NCBI RefSeq assembly: GCF_001194135.2 | Contig: NC_068982.1 | Coordinates: forward strand, 84,384,827-84,428,899 | DNA: 44,073 nucleotides | Direction: 5' to 3' | From: Octopus bimaculoides | Taxonomy: Eukaryota | Shown: piece after piece, positions 1 to 10,811 of the stretch | Layout of the letters: each line of letters starts with the position of its first letter | How positions within the stretch are numbered: the stretch's first letter is position 1 | Translations under genes and position numbers: made by a program | Notes under the pieces: generated by a model | Told to the model about the DNA's origin: nothing | What the model saw: only the letters and a program-made list of their open reading frames with translations | The model's database searches: none

Positions 1-335
1 TTCCACGGATTCCCTCAACCGCTAGGGTGTGGCACTTTTTCACACAGCTATCTTCATCCATTCTCACCACATGTCCATACCAGTGCAATCGTCTCTCTTG
101 CACACCACAACTGATGTTTCTTATGTTCAACTTTTTTCTCAAGATACTAACACTCTGTCGGGTATGCACACTGACATTACTCATCCATCAGAGCATACTG
201 GCTTCATTCCTTGCGAGCTTATGCATGTCCTCAGCAGTCACGGCCCATGTTTCACTGCCATGTAGCATGGCTGTTTGTACACATGCATCATACAGTCTGC
301 CTTTTACTCTGAGTGAGAGGCCCTTTGTTGCCAGT
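1..335 (-). mobile_element. RTE-clade LINE fragment (ORF2 C-terminal region)
   Basis: Minus-strand translation KGLSLRVKGRLYDACVQTAMLHGSETWAVTAEDMHKLARNEASML matches the same region in the longer copies near 30230-30370. Confidence 0.9.
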
Positions 336-506
336 ATATGTTTGAGACTAAGAGTAAAGGTATTTAGAGTTATAGGCTTGTTACATGAATTCATTGTACC
401 ATGTTCCTTTATCGAATGATATTACAGCCTTCTGAATGGAGACCTCATTAGATGGCTTGAAGACCATTTTGGATGGTGATGTTCTCAGAGTGTGAAATCA
501 TCTAAA

Positions 507-532
507 TATATATATATATATATATATATATA
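507..532. repeat. (TA)n microsatellite
   Basis: Direct reading. Confidence 0.95.
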
Positions 533-724
533 GGAGAATATACAAATAATAACAACAGACGAGGACAGGTGGTGTAAATAACAAAAGTATATATTAGTAT
601 GACGCTCGGGAATACGGAAAGTCTTTGACGTTTCGAGCTACGCTCTTCAACAGAAAGAACACGGAGACAAGGAGAAAAACATGGAGAAAAAAAATTGAAT
701 AGTGTTCAGTCAACGGTCAATCAC
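533..724 (-). mobile_element. Short PLE pseudo-LTR-like unit carrying a hammerhead motif, next to (TA)n
   Basis: Contains CTGTTGAA-GAGCGTAGCTC-GAAACGTC, a PLE-end-type motif. Same strand as the GIY-YIG remnant at 1747-1896. Boundaries approximate. Confidence 0.6.
622..658 (-). ncRNA. Candidate minimal type I hammerhead ribozyme (variant core)
   Basis: Minus strand reads UCUUU-CUGUUGAA-GAGC(GUA)GCUC-GAA-ACGU-C-AAAGA: 5-bp stem I, 4-bp stem II, palindromic ACGU helix III, GUC cleavage triplet. Confidence 0.65.
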
Positions 725-1137
725 ATATATATGATGATGATGATGTATGTTAAAATTCAATAGGCTATAGCAGTACGTACGTTTCGTACAAACTTCATTT
801 ATTTATGTAGTGAGAACACCACATAAGATGTGCAATGAAAATGTACTCCTCAGCTGCATAATGGAAGTTCATGTTAGAAAGTCATTTTGTAGATGTGTGC
901 AAAAACAAGAGTAAGAGAAGAAGAAAATACCATCTTGACTGGGCTGTTAATCAACAGTCTAGTGAATCAAACATGAATTTAATTTCTATATATTCTAATT
1001 GGAGGGGTAAGATACCAGTAATTTCAATTTAGATTAAGTAGTAATGGACAGCAGGTTAGGGGTAAATCAAGCAAGAGAAAAAAAAAAGAGATAAGAAAAA
1101 AGGAAAATATATATATATATATATATATATATAGAAA

Positions 1138-1746
1138 NNNNNNNNNNNNNNNNNNNNNNNNNNNNNNNNNNNNNNNNNNNNNNNNNNNNNNNNNNNNNNN
1201 NNNNNNNNNNNNNNNNNNNNNNNNNNNNNNNNNNNNNNNNNNNNNNNNNNNNNNNNNNNNNNNNNNNNNNNNNNNNNNNNNNNNNNNNNNNNNNNNNNNN
1301 NNNNNNNNNNNNNNNNNNNNNNNNNNNNNNNNNNNNNNNNNNNNNNNNNNNNNNNNNNNNNNNNNNNNNNNNNNNNNNNNNNNNNNNNNNNNNNNNNNNN
1401 NNNNNNNNNNNNNNNNNNNNNNNNNNNNNNNNNNNNNNNNNNNNNNNNNNNNNNNNNNNNNNNNNNNNNNNNNNNNNNNNNNNNNNNNNNNNNNNNNNNN
1501 NNNNNNNNNNNNNNNNNNNNNNNNNNNNNNNNNNNNNNNNNNNNNNNNNNNNNNNNNNNNNNNNNNNNNNNNNNNNNNNNNNNNNNNNNNNNNNNNNNNN
1601 NNNNNNNNNNNNNNNNNNNNNNNNNNNNNNNNNNNNNNNNNNNNNNNNNNNNNNNNNNNNNNNNNNNNNNNNNNNNNNNNNNNNNNNNNNNNNNNNNNNN
1701 NNNNNNNNNNNNNNNNNNNNNNNNNNNNNNNNNNNNNNNNNNNNNN
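1138..1746. other. Assembly gap (N run)
   Basis: 609 N. Smaller gaps at 2316-2325, 5674-5683, 8885-8895 and 41415-41449. Confidence 0.99.
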
Positions 1747-1896
1747 AAGGTTAAAATCAATACCATTTTCCTTCAATTCCCAAATTTTATTAGATAATGA
1801 TGTGCTATTGGCCTTATGTTTAAGTCTAAACGAGGAAAAAAGATTGATTGTGCAACCAACATAAATGTAATTATTAGTTGGAGTAGCTACTGTCAC
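1747..1896 (-). mobile_element. Penelope-like element, GIY-YIG endonuclease C-terminal remnant
   Basis: Translation YIYVG...FRLKHKANSTSLSNKIWELKENGIDFNL resembles PLE GIY-YIG ends; runs into the gap. Confidence 0.65.
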
Positions 1897-3411
1897 CTAG
1901 TCACCTACCGTTCCGGCAGACACTCTAGCCAAATCGACTACATCCTCGCCAGAAATAGGGAAAGAGGGCGGCTTATAAATGCCAAAACCTTCCCTGGCGA
2001 AGAATGTACCCCTCAACACAGATTAGTAGTTAGCGACTTTGGGATCAAAGCAAAAAGGATGCCCAGAAGTAGACCGGCTTGGAGGAGAAGGATGTGGAAG
2101 CTTAAAGATCCTGCAAATGGACAGGGATTTAGAGACATACTACTTGAAGCATTTGATGAAATAGAAGGGGATATAGCTTCATACAACATGGAAGACAACT
2201 GGAGGTTTCTACGGGACAACCTGCTGAGAGCCACCGACCAGATCTGTGGCTGGTATAAAGTCCCCTCTCGACCCAAAGTAACGTGGTGGTGGAACAATGT
2301 GGTTGACAGGGTTATNNNNNNNNNNACCAGATCTGTGGCTGGTATAAAGTCCCCTCTCGACCCAAAGTAACGTGGTGGTGGAACAATGTGGTTGACAGGG
2401 TTATTAGACAAAAGAAACAGGCTTGGAAGGACTGGAAGAATGGAGGTAGCATGGAATTGTATCAGACTGCTAGAAGAGAAGCTAGATGACTTAGAGTCAA
2501 CCTAGCTAAAATCAAAGTCCTAATAAGTAGGAAGGTAGACAAACCACAAACCCCTTCAGGTAGATGGCCCTGCTCGACCTGTAGAAAAGGCGTAGGTAGA
2601 AACTCTATAAGATGTACTCAGTGCAAGCGATGGACACATAAGATGTGCAGCAATATCAAAGGCAGGTTAACTAGGAAGTTAGTTTTTGTATGCGTAATGT
2701 CAGTGTTCATACCCGACAGAGTGTAAGTATCTTGAGAGAAAAGTTGAACATAAGAATCATCAGTTGTGGTGTGCAAGAGAGAAGATTGTGCTGGTATGGA
2801 CATGTGGCAAGAATAGATGAGGATAGCTGTGTGAAAAAGTGCCACACCCTAGCAGATGAAGGAACCTGTGGAAGAGGCAGGCCTAGGAAGACCTGGGATG
2901 AGGTGGTGAAGCACGACCTCCAAACATTAGGCCTCACCGAGGCAATGACTTCTGACTGAGGCCTTTAGAAATATGCTGTGCGTGAGAAGAGCCGGCAAGT
3001 TAAGTGGGACCAAAATCGAAGGCCTCTGCCAGGGATGTAGCAAGCCCACTTACGCATAACATTCCTTCTTTGGACACTAAACTCTGCTTGCGAAGACCTG
3101 TTGAGGCAAGGGAAATCGAAATCGAACTAAATTTGTAGACTGACACCCATGCCAACATCTCTTCATTGAACACTAAACTCGGCTTGCGAAGACCTGTTGG
3201 GGTAAGCAAAAGTGAAATCGTGATGGCACCTGTACCAGTAGATCACTAAGAGCACTGTCCGAGCACGATCGTTACCAGAGCACCAGCTGTCTGGTTTCCA
3301 TGCCGGGGGCACGTAAATAGCACCATTTGAGTGTGATCGTTACCTACGTCGCCTTCCTGGCACTTGTGCCAGTGGCACGTGAAAAGACATTCGAGCGAGT
3401 TCGTTGCCAGT
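1893..3411 (+). mobile_element. RTE LINE, internally deleted (endonuclease end, zinc finger, C-terminus, part of 3' UTR)
   Basis: HLVTYRSGRHSSQIDYILARNRER...EECTPQHRLVVSDF; GRWPCSTCRK; RGRPRKTWDEVV. Colinear with 27480-31351 apart from deletions. Confidence 0.92.
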
Positions 3412-3439
3412 GAGAACAACAATCAAGTGAAAAGTATGA

Positions 3440-5330
3440 TTGCACATGTAATAGGGGCTAGCATAAGAAACTATACATGCAGGTTGAAGGTGCAGCCATT
3501 GGTGTCGGTGTAGCAGGAGATGTGGCCAGCCTCTTCATGATTTAGCAGGACAGATAACTTAAGCAATCCCCAGCAGAACAGTCCACAGCTCTTCTACTTT
3601 ACAATAGCTACGTAGATAACATTAGTATCCTAGTTAAGACCAGTTCTAGTAACAGTAATGTAGAAACTGAGGGGAGCATAATGGAGAGCATCTAGCAAGT
3701 AGCTAACTCCATCCACCAAAGTATCACGGTAACTATATATTACCCCACTAGGCACCCCCAACAATAGACTCCCCATCCTTGATACTGAACTTTGGTTAGA
3801 GACTGTGAACAACAGAGTGTAGCTCCTCCACTCCTATTACATGAAATCCATAGCTTCAAAATATGTTGTTCACAAGAGCTCAGATTTGTCACATAACATG
3901 AAAATTAACATACTGATAGCAGACTTAGGATAATGAACAACATGTCCCCACTATGCAAACCCTGTGAAATGAAGTAACATGTACAGAACTTCATGTACCA
4001 CATGCAATTCTCTGGATATGATCAGAAAGATAGGGTTCGAGTATACAAGGGTGCTAGAAAGAAGTTAGATAGCATTATATGTAATGAAACCAGTGGTGCC
4101 AGCCCTAGATATAAAAGCAAAGACTGGAATAAGATACAAAGAGGTTGTGACAAAGCAAACGGTGAACAAATCCACAAATATCAAGGGGTAATGTTTGTAG
4201 AGGCCACAGTCCATTGAGAACTAGCCTGTAGATTTAGGAAAGCTCTGAAGGAGACCAAACTCAACATTAAGATTGCTGAAAAGCCAGGCAACTCCATCAG
4301 GTCACAACTATGTAGGACGTACTCCTTTGAGAATACCATATGCATCAATGATAACTGCATGGCATTAACTGTAGAACTAGAAATGTAGTCTACAGCGTAA
4401 GATGCATAGAAGGTGCTTGTAAACACATGATGATGACATACATAGGGAAGACATCTTAGAGCATTGCAGAAAGACTAAATGAACATTTGAGATAGTATGA
4501 CAACCAAAAGCAGTTCTCCATACTCTACCAACATGCCAAGGACCAATATGGAGGCAACCTGAGTCAACTTGACATCTGCATTTTATCTAAGCACCCAAAG
4601 GACCCAACATTCAGACAAATACAGGAGTACGTCATCATAAATGAAACATCTCCAGTACTAAATAGGAAATATACATAGTAGGTAATCATATCCCCATACC
4701 CACAGTTTATATTGGTTAGTGGGCTGTTATGTAGATGTATGTGTGTGTGTGCGTGCATGTACATGTATGTAGGCAAATGGATATGAAAATAAACAGATAG
4801 ACATACAGATGGATAGGTACATAGGTAATACATAAGTATTACAAACAGACAAGCACACATACACACACACACACACACAGATACTCTGAGACATGCACAC
4901 ACAAAGAGACAGAGGTACACACGCACACACATGCAAACACACACACATGCAAACACACACACACATGCAAACACACACACACACATGCAAACACACACAT
5001 AAAAACGCACAAACACATGAATCTGCAGAATACGTACATGCATACATATACACAAACACACATATACATACATGCATACACGCACTTACATGCATGCATA
5101 CATACATACATACATACGTACATGCATGCAGACATACATACAAACATATATACATACATACATACATGTATATGCACACAGACATGTGCACACATGCTGA
5201 CCCACACACATGCACACAAACAAAAGAGCGCAGCTTGGATAACAGACAGAGTCAACAACTATTGAAAAGATTGCAAGATGCAAAGTAAATTTTAGAAAAA
5301 TAAATAAATGAGTGGAAATTTTACTCTCCC
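3440..5330 (+). mobile_element. Penelope-like element, 5'-truncated and decayed, with microsatellite-rich 3' tail
   Basis: Broken frames give QVEGAAIGVGVAGDVASLFM and YVDNI (RT motifs), RLPILDTELW, MFVEAT..ELA, CRTRNVVY and a YIG-type GIY-YIG region. Homologous to 24510-25700. Confidence 0.75.
4730..5225. repeat. Complex (CA)n/(TACA)n microsatellite tract
   Basis: Direct reading; explains the low-complexity ORFs in the track. Confidence 0.9.
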
Positions 5331-5347
5331 CAGACACAACAGTATAT

Positions 5348-5456
5348 ATCATCATCATCATCATCATCATCATCGTTTAACGTCCGCTTTCCATGCTAGC
5401 ATGGGTTGGACGATTTGATTGAGGACTGGTGAAACTGGATGGCAACACCAGGCTCC
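5348..5456 (-). mobile_element. RTE 3' tail fragment with (GAT)n end
   Basis: Reverse complement of ...CAACCCATGCTAGCATGGAAAGCGGACGTTAAACGATGATG, as seen at 6445-6489 and 31300-31351. Confidence 0.85.
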
Positions 5457-5480
5457 TATATATATATATATATATATATA

Positions 5481-5750
5481 TAGGTGCAGGAGTGACTGTG
5501 TGGTAAGTAGCTTGCTTGCCTACCTACCACATGGTTCTGGTTTCAGTACCACTGCATGGCACCTTGGACAAGCGTCTTCTACTATAGCCTTGGGCCGACC
5601 AAAGTCTAGTGAGTGGATTTGGTAGATGGAAACTGAAAGAACCTCATCATGTGTATATATATATATATATATANNNNNNNNNNTAGTGAGTGGATTTGGT
5701 AGATGGAAACTGAAAGAACCTCATCATGTGTATATATATATATATATATA
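5481..5750 (+). mobile_element. tRNA-derived SINE head (partly duplicated across a gap)
   Basis: A-box-like TGACTGTGTGGTAAG and B-box-like GGTTTCAGTACC; same family as 8920-9300. Confidence 0.85.
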
Positions 5751-5752
5751 TA

Positions 5753-6489
5753 TTTACCCGGCAAGGCAAGTGAGAGCATAATCTGTGACCTGCCAGAAGT
5801 GTAGCCAGTTGACTTATTCGTATCTTTACTTCATTGGACACTAAAAACTCTGCTTGCAAAGACCTGTTGAGGCAAGTGAATTTGGAATTTGAAATTTGAA
5901 ATCTGAAATTGAAATCGAACCAAACCTGACGACTGGCACCCATGCCAACCTCTCCTTCATTGGACATTAAACTCTGCTTGCGAAGACCTGTTGGGGCAAG
6001 TGAAATCGAAATCATAATTGAACCATACTTGATGACTGGCACCTGCACCAGTGGAGCACTAACAGCACTGTCCAAGCATGTGCATTGCCAGAGCAGCTGT
6101 CTGGCTTCCATGCTAGTGGCCCGTAAATAGCACCATTTGAGCATAATCATTACCAGCGTCGCCTTCTAGCACTTGTGCTGGTGACACGCTAGAAAATCAT
6201 TCAAGCAAGGTCATTGCCAGTGCCACCGGACTGGCTCCCATACAGGTGGCACGTAAAAAACACCTTTTTGAGCATGGCTGTTGCCAGTACCGTGTGACTG
6301 GCCCTCGTGCTGGTAGCACGTAAAATCACCCACTACACTCTCAGAGTGGTTGGCATTAGGAAGGACATCCAGGTGTAGAAACTCTGCCAGACCAGACTGG
6401 AGCCTGGTGCAGCCTTCTGGCTTGCCAGTCCTCAGTCAAATCGTCCAACCCATGCTAGCATGGAAAGCAGACGTTAAACGATGATGATG
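5753..6489 (+). mobile_element. RTE 3' UTR (5'-truncated insertion) ending in (GAT)n
   Basis: Matches 30645-31351. Confidence 0.9.
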
Positions 6490-6544
6490 TATGTGTGTGT
6501 GTGTGTGTATAGCGCAACGGCTATACACACACACACACATACAT
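6487..6544. repeat. Fold-back inverted repeat ATGTAT(GT)8ATAGC-GCAACG-GCTAT(AC)7ATACAT
   Basis: Arms are complementary except for one dinucleotide unit; 6-nt loop. Confidence 0.9.
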
Positions 6545-6712
6545 GAGTTTAAAGGGATATTTTATCCTGGTAGTTACTGTATTTCTTCTTAAATTGGTTT
6601 CAGCTGCCAGCTAACCACAATGGTCCTTTTGCAGTCACTGCAGTTGACACATGTATAGGTTCCATAAAGATGTAAATAACTAAAGAAAATTATGGATGTG
6701 AAAAATCACCAT

Positions 6713-6774
<62 letters not shown>

Positions 6775-6776
<2 letters not shown>

Positions 6777-8460
6777 GTACTATCCATATTAGAAGACACA
6801 ACATATGAAAAGGTAGAACACCACAGTCAGCAGAAAATAATGAGATGCCTAAAACCCGACAAGGAATACGACTATGACTAACTTCAATAGTAAATCCAGT
6901 CAATTCTATGGTATTCCCAAGATATACAAAATGAAAAAAATATGTAATGCATGCAGAGGAGCCACAGACACAAAAGTCAAGGTACCTACTCCTGCATGCA
7001 AAACTCACAGCCTTAGTAAATTTTTCGATACCCTCTTAAAACTATTCCTCAAGCATATCAAATGCTACATAAGGGATGACCTAGATATGCTCAATCACCT
7101 TCCTCAAACAATAAATAAAAACACCCTACTAGTATCCTTTGATGTAGTCAACCACTATTCTAATATCCCCCACAGCCTATGAATAGGGGCAATCCAATTC
7201 TGGCTAGAGAATTACTCTGATGAATTCCCACAATGCATCAAAAAAGAATTTGTAACAGAAGGGCTAAATTCATCTTGGAGAATAACTTCTTTGTATTTAA
7301 TGACAACTTCTTTTGAGAGAAATCGGAGACTGTGATGGGCATGTGAATAGCCCATCACAGTCTTCCTTTGCTAACCTAGTCATGGGGTGCTTAGAAATCA
7401 TTCGTTATCATAAGGTGCAGAAACTCATTCTACTTGTACATAGAAAATAACTGGAAAAGATATCAAGATGACTGCTTCATTCTTTGGCATGAAAGTATAA
7501 AGAGACTTAAAGAATTTCAAGCACTTATAAAGGGACTTGACATAATCATTCAATTTACGATGGAATATAGCCATTAATAACTTCCATTCCTTGACATCCT
7601 CATTAATAAATTCAACAACAAAATAGAAACAGACATATACAATAAGTCAACGGACTCCAAGCAATATCTACCATTTGATTTATGCCACCCTAGACACACT
7701 AGAATGAATATCCCTTACAATCTGGCAAAAAGGATTTGTACTATAGTATCTGATACAAGCACCAGGGATACTTGACTACATGTGCTAAAGGATACACTCA
7801 TTATCAGGAACTACCCACCATCACTAATTGATATAGGCTTTCAATGTGCCCTACAACTCAATATTCACGAACTCAGACACCCCAAACTAAAGGATTTACA
7901 ACCAAAAGCCCTACCATACATATCCATGCACAAACCCCTAAACAATGATGCCTTTAACACCATCCTCCAGAACATTCCTTTACTAAATAGGGACCATAGA
8001 ATGGATCAAATCCTCCAAACGTACACCATCATAAAAAGCAAAAGACAGCCCAAGTCAATAAATAGTCTTTTAGCACAGGTCCAAATACACTCATCAACAA
8101 CATTGAAACTGATGGTAAAAAAATGTGGAAGACCTAACTGTGGTATATGCGTCAACCTAATTGAGGGATCAGAATTCTCCTTCAAATGGGATCAACGTTT
8201 TACAGTGAAAAACAACTTCACATGTGCTTCAGAAAACCTAATATATATATTAACTTGCTCAGGGTGTTGAGAACAATACATTGGTCAAACTAAAAACAAT
8301 CTACGCAAGAAGATGACCGTACTTAGATCCCAGATTAAAATACAGGAATACAGAAAAATAGGATTAAACGAGCACATCAATATTAGTACCACTAACAAAC
8401 AACCCAACTTTAGAATGCATTAGCAAAGAAGTATATTTTATTGCAAAATATAAACCTCTT
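6775..8460 (+). mobile_element. Penelope-like element, decayed RT plus GIY-YIG ORF
   Basis: FYGIPKIYK, LVSFDVVNHYSNIP, YQDDCF, LPFLDI, CHPRHTRMNIPYNLAKRICTIVS, CGRPNCGIC, TCASENLIYILTCSGC*EQYIGQT; many stops and frameshifts. Confidence 0.9.
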
Positions 8461-8539
8461 TTGAATGCTTTCACAACAGATGAAACTACTACAAGATTCC
8501 ATGAACAATCTACTGTGTCACACCACTCCCGTCTTTTTC

Positions 8540-8650
8540 TTTTCTTTCTCCTTCTTCTACTTCTTTCCCTACTCTTACTTCTTTTCCTTCTTCTTCTTCT
8601 TCTTCTTCTTCTTCTTCTTCTTCTCCTTCTTCCTCCTCTTCTCCTTGTTC
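8540..8650. repeat. (TTC)n / pyrimidine-rich microsatellite
   Basis: Direct reading. Confidence 0.9.
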
Positions 8651-8919
8651 TCCTCCCACGACTGCTCCTGCTTAAACCATCAATTCTCTGTATTCATAAA
8701 ACTATTTCTCCAGATTTGCTACTACCAAATACCATTCACAAAAGAAGAGAGAGACAGACAATCTGAAGACGATGGAAATATTTACAAAATGTTTCACTTA
8801 ATTTTTTTTCTCCAACTTAATTGTTTTTCTTATTTTACTCTTAGTTGAAAAAAGTCTAAAAGATGGAAAGTATTACTAAAATATNNNNNNNNNNNATATA
8901 TATATATATATATATATAA

Positions 8920-9300
8920 TAGGTGCAGGAGTGGCTGCGTGGTGAGAAGCTTGCTGCCCAACCACATGGTTCTAGGTTCAGTCCCACTGTGTGGTACCTT
9001 GGGCAAGTGTCTTCTGCTATAGCTTCAGGTCAACCAAAGCCTTGTGAGTGGATTTGGTAGATAGAAACTGAAAGAAGCCCATCATATGTATTTGTGTGTC
9101 GGTGTTTATTCTCTCACCATCACTTGACAACCGATTTTGGTGTGTTTACGTCCCCATAATTTAGCATTTTGTCAAAAGAGACCGATAGAATAAGTACTAG
9201 GCTTACAAAGAATAAGTCTTGGGGTTGATTTGTTCGACTAAATGCGGTACTCCAGCATGGCCACAGTCAAATGACTGAAGCAAGTAAGAAAATAAAGAGT
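8920..9300 (+). mobile_element. Full-length tRNA-derived SINE
   Basis: TGGCTGCGTGG / GGTTCAGTCCC boxes, body and A-rich end; homologues at 15705-16111, 41227-41620 and 43897-44073. Confidence 0.9.
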
Positions 9301-9504
9301 TTATATCTGATAATGTAAAGTAATAGGTATGTACTCAGTTCGTTTTACCACTATTCTTTGAAGTTCAACTAATAAAAAGTAATGTTGAAGCTGCCTATCA
9401 AAGATGGCTAGAAGTGATTTGTCCTTGAGCAGATGGAAGATGATTGAAGTTGTTACTTCAACAATATATATGCTAACTCACACTAACTTTTACTATGGAT
9501 CTCC

Positions 9505-9717
9505 TTAACCCTTTCGTTACTGTATTTATTTTGAGATGCTCTGTGTTTCTTTCAATTACTTTAAATATAACAAAGAATTTAGTAAAATAACTTAGTTATC
9601 ATTCAGCTAGTGTTAGGAACATAAATTGTGACTAAGGTTTGGTAGAAGATTTTAATTCAAACCTTATGAAAATAAGACATTTGTACTCAGAGCCAGAGTT
9701 GGTTTCAGCTGGGTTAA
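9505..9717. mobile_element. piggyBac-like TTAA MITE
   Basis: TTAA-CCC...GGG-TTAA termini; only about 3 bp of TIR remains. Confidence 0.55.
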
Positions 9718-10019
9718 TCTTCTGATTATGGATCTACCAACCAATATTGTCTTTTACTTTGGACACTCCTTAATCCCTTAGTGAACTGGTAATTAATAAT
9801 TGGATTAAGGATGTTCCTTATTTTGTTCTCTCCGATGATAGAATACCTAGCTAATGTGGAAATCTTTACTCAGTAATCAACATGATTAGATATTCTAGAA
9901 ACAGCTGTAAGAAACTTTACCTATTTACTATAACTGCTCCACACTATGTTTGGATTGTAAATTTAATGCTCTAAAGTGATGCCATACGTTTTGTATGTTT
10001 ATTCTGTTTTTAATATTGG

Positions 10020-10420
10020 AGACCTATATAAACCTGTCTTTGACCATGTGGTGCATAAATTTCACACTGCTTGTTGATGTTGCTTCTGTTATTATCTCAT
10101 GATATGTCCAACTAAGCTAAGAAAATCTCTTGTCTTAATCACATCATCTAATAATATTAACCTGATTTAAACTAACTTTCATATTGCTTGCTTTAATTTT
10201 ACAATATTTCTTCATGTAGTGTTTTATTCAAGATGTCTTTCCATATTTTGTTAGTTTGCAATTTCTCTAACGGTCAGGTTTTCCTTCTACCTTTCTCTCT
10301 AATCTGTCTTGGCTGCTATTTTTCTGTAGTCAAGTTATCCCTTGCTTTCCCTGTTTCCTTACTTTGCGATTGAGTTCTCTGAGCTGGCTGACTTTTCTGT
10401 TTCTTCATGATGTGCTCATC
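10020..10420 (-). mobile_element. Highly decayed LINE remnant
   Basis: Minus frame RELNRKVRKQGK resembles the RTE endonuclease-RT linker; weak. Confidence 0.35.
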
Positions 10421-10432
10421 CAAACCCCACAC

Positions 10433-10564
10433 CTATACTGGAAATCTCCTCTCTTATACCAGAAATCTCCTTTATTATACCAGTAACCTCCCTCTCTTAT
10501 ATCTGAAATCCCCTCCCTTATATCTGAAACCTCCTCTCTTATACCCTCCTTTTCTCTTATACTG
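10433..10564. repeat. About 21-bp minisatellite, about 6 diverged units (GAAATCTCCTCTCTTATACCA)
   Basis: Direct reading. Confidence 0.8.
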
Positions 10565-10811
10565 TTGATTCAATTCAAGGCTCCACCACTGCACCAACGC
10601 CAGTATGGGAACCCTCTTCTCTGTACCAGAAGATGCTCTCTCTTAATTTAAACTTTAACCCATTTATATCTGCAGTAATAATGCTTTTATTAGCAATGCT
10701 TATACTACACTCACTCCCAATAGGAGTAACAATTTTTAACATAATTGAATGATGATGAATTAAAACAAGAACAACCCTTATGACATATCTGTTATCAAAC
10801 GCTCGTTAAAA

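Noticed and set aside
776-800. Minus-strand ATGAA-GT(TTGT)AC-GAAACGTA, hammerhead-like
   Set aside because: No CUG at the start of the core and no stem I pairing.
2237-2404. 79-bp exact duplication either side of a 10-N gap
   Set aside because: Identical copies flanking a placeholder gap are typical of unmerged overlapping contig ends.
4564-5373. Cys/Val- and His/Thr-rich ORFs in the track
   Set aside because: Translations of (CA)n/(TACA)n microsatellites; the same applies to 24712-25143.
5607-5750. About 67-bp exact duplication across a 10-N gap
   Set aside because: Same assembly artefact pattern.
8265-8270. In-frame TGA in the PLE GIY-YIG motif as possible selenocysteine
   Set aside because: The element has many other stops and frameshifts, no SECIS was identified, and the TGA follows rather than replaces the Cys.
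8461-8848. Poly-Leu/poly-Phe ORFs
   Set aside because: Translations of (TTC)n.
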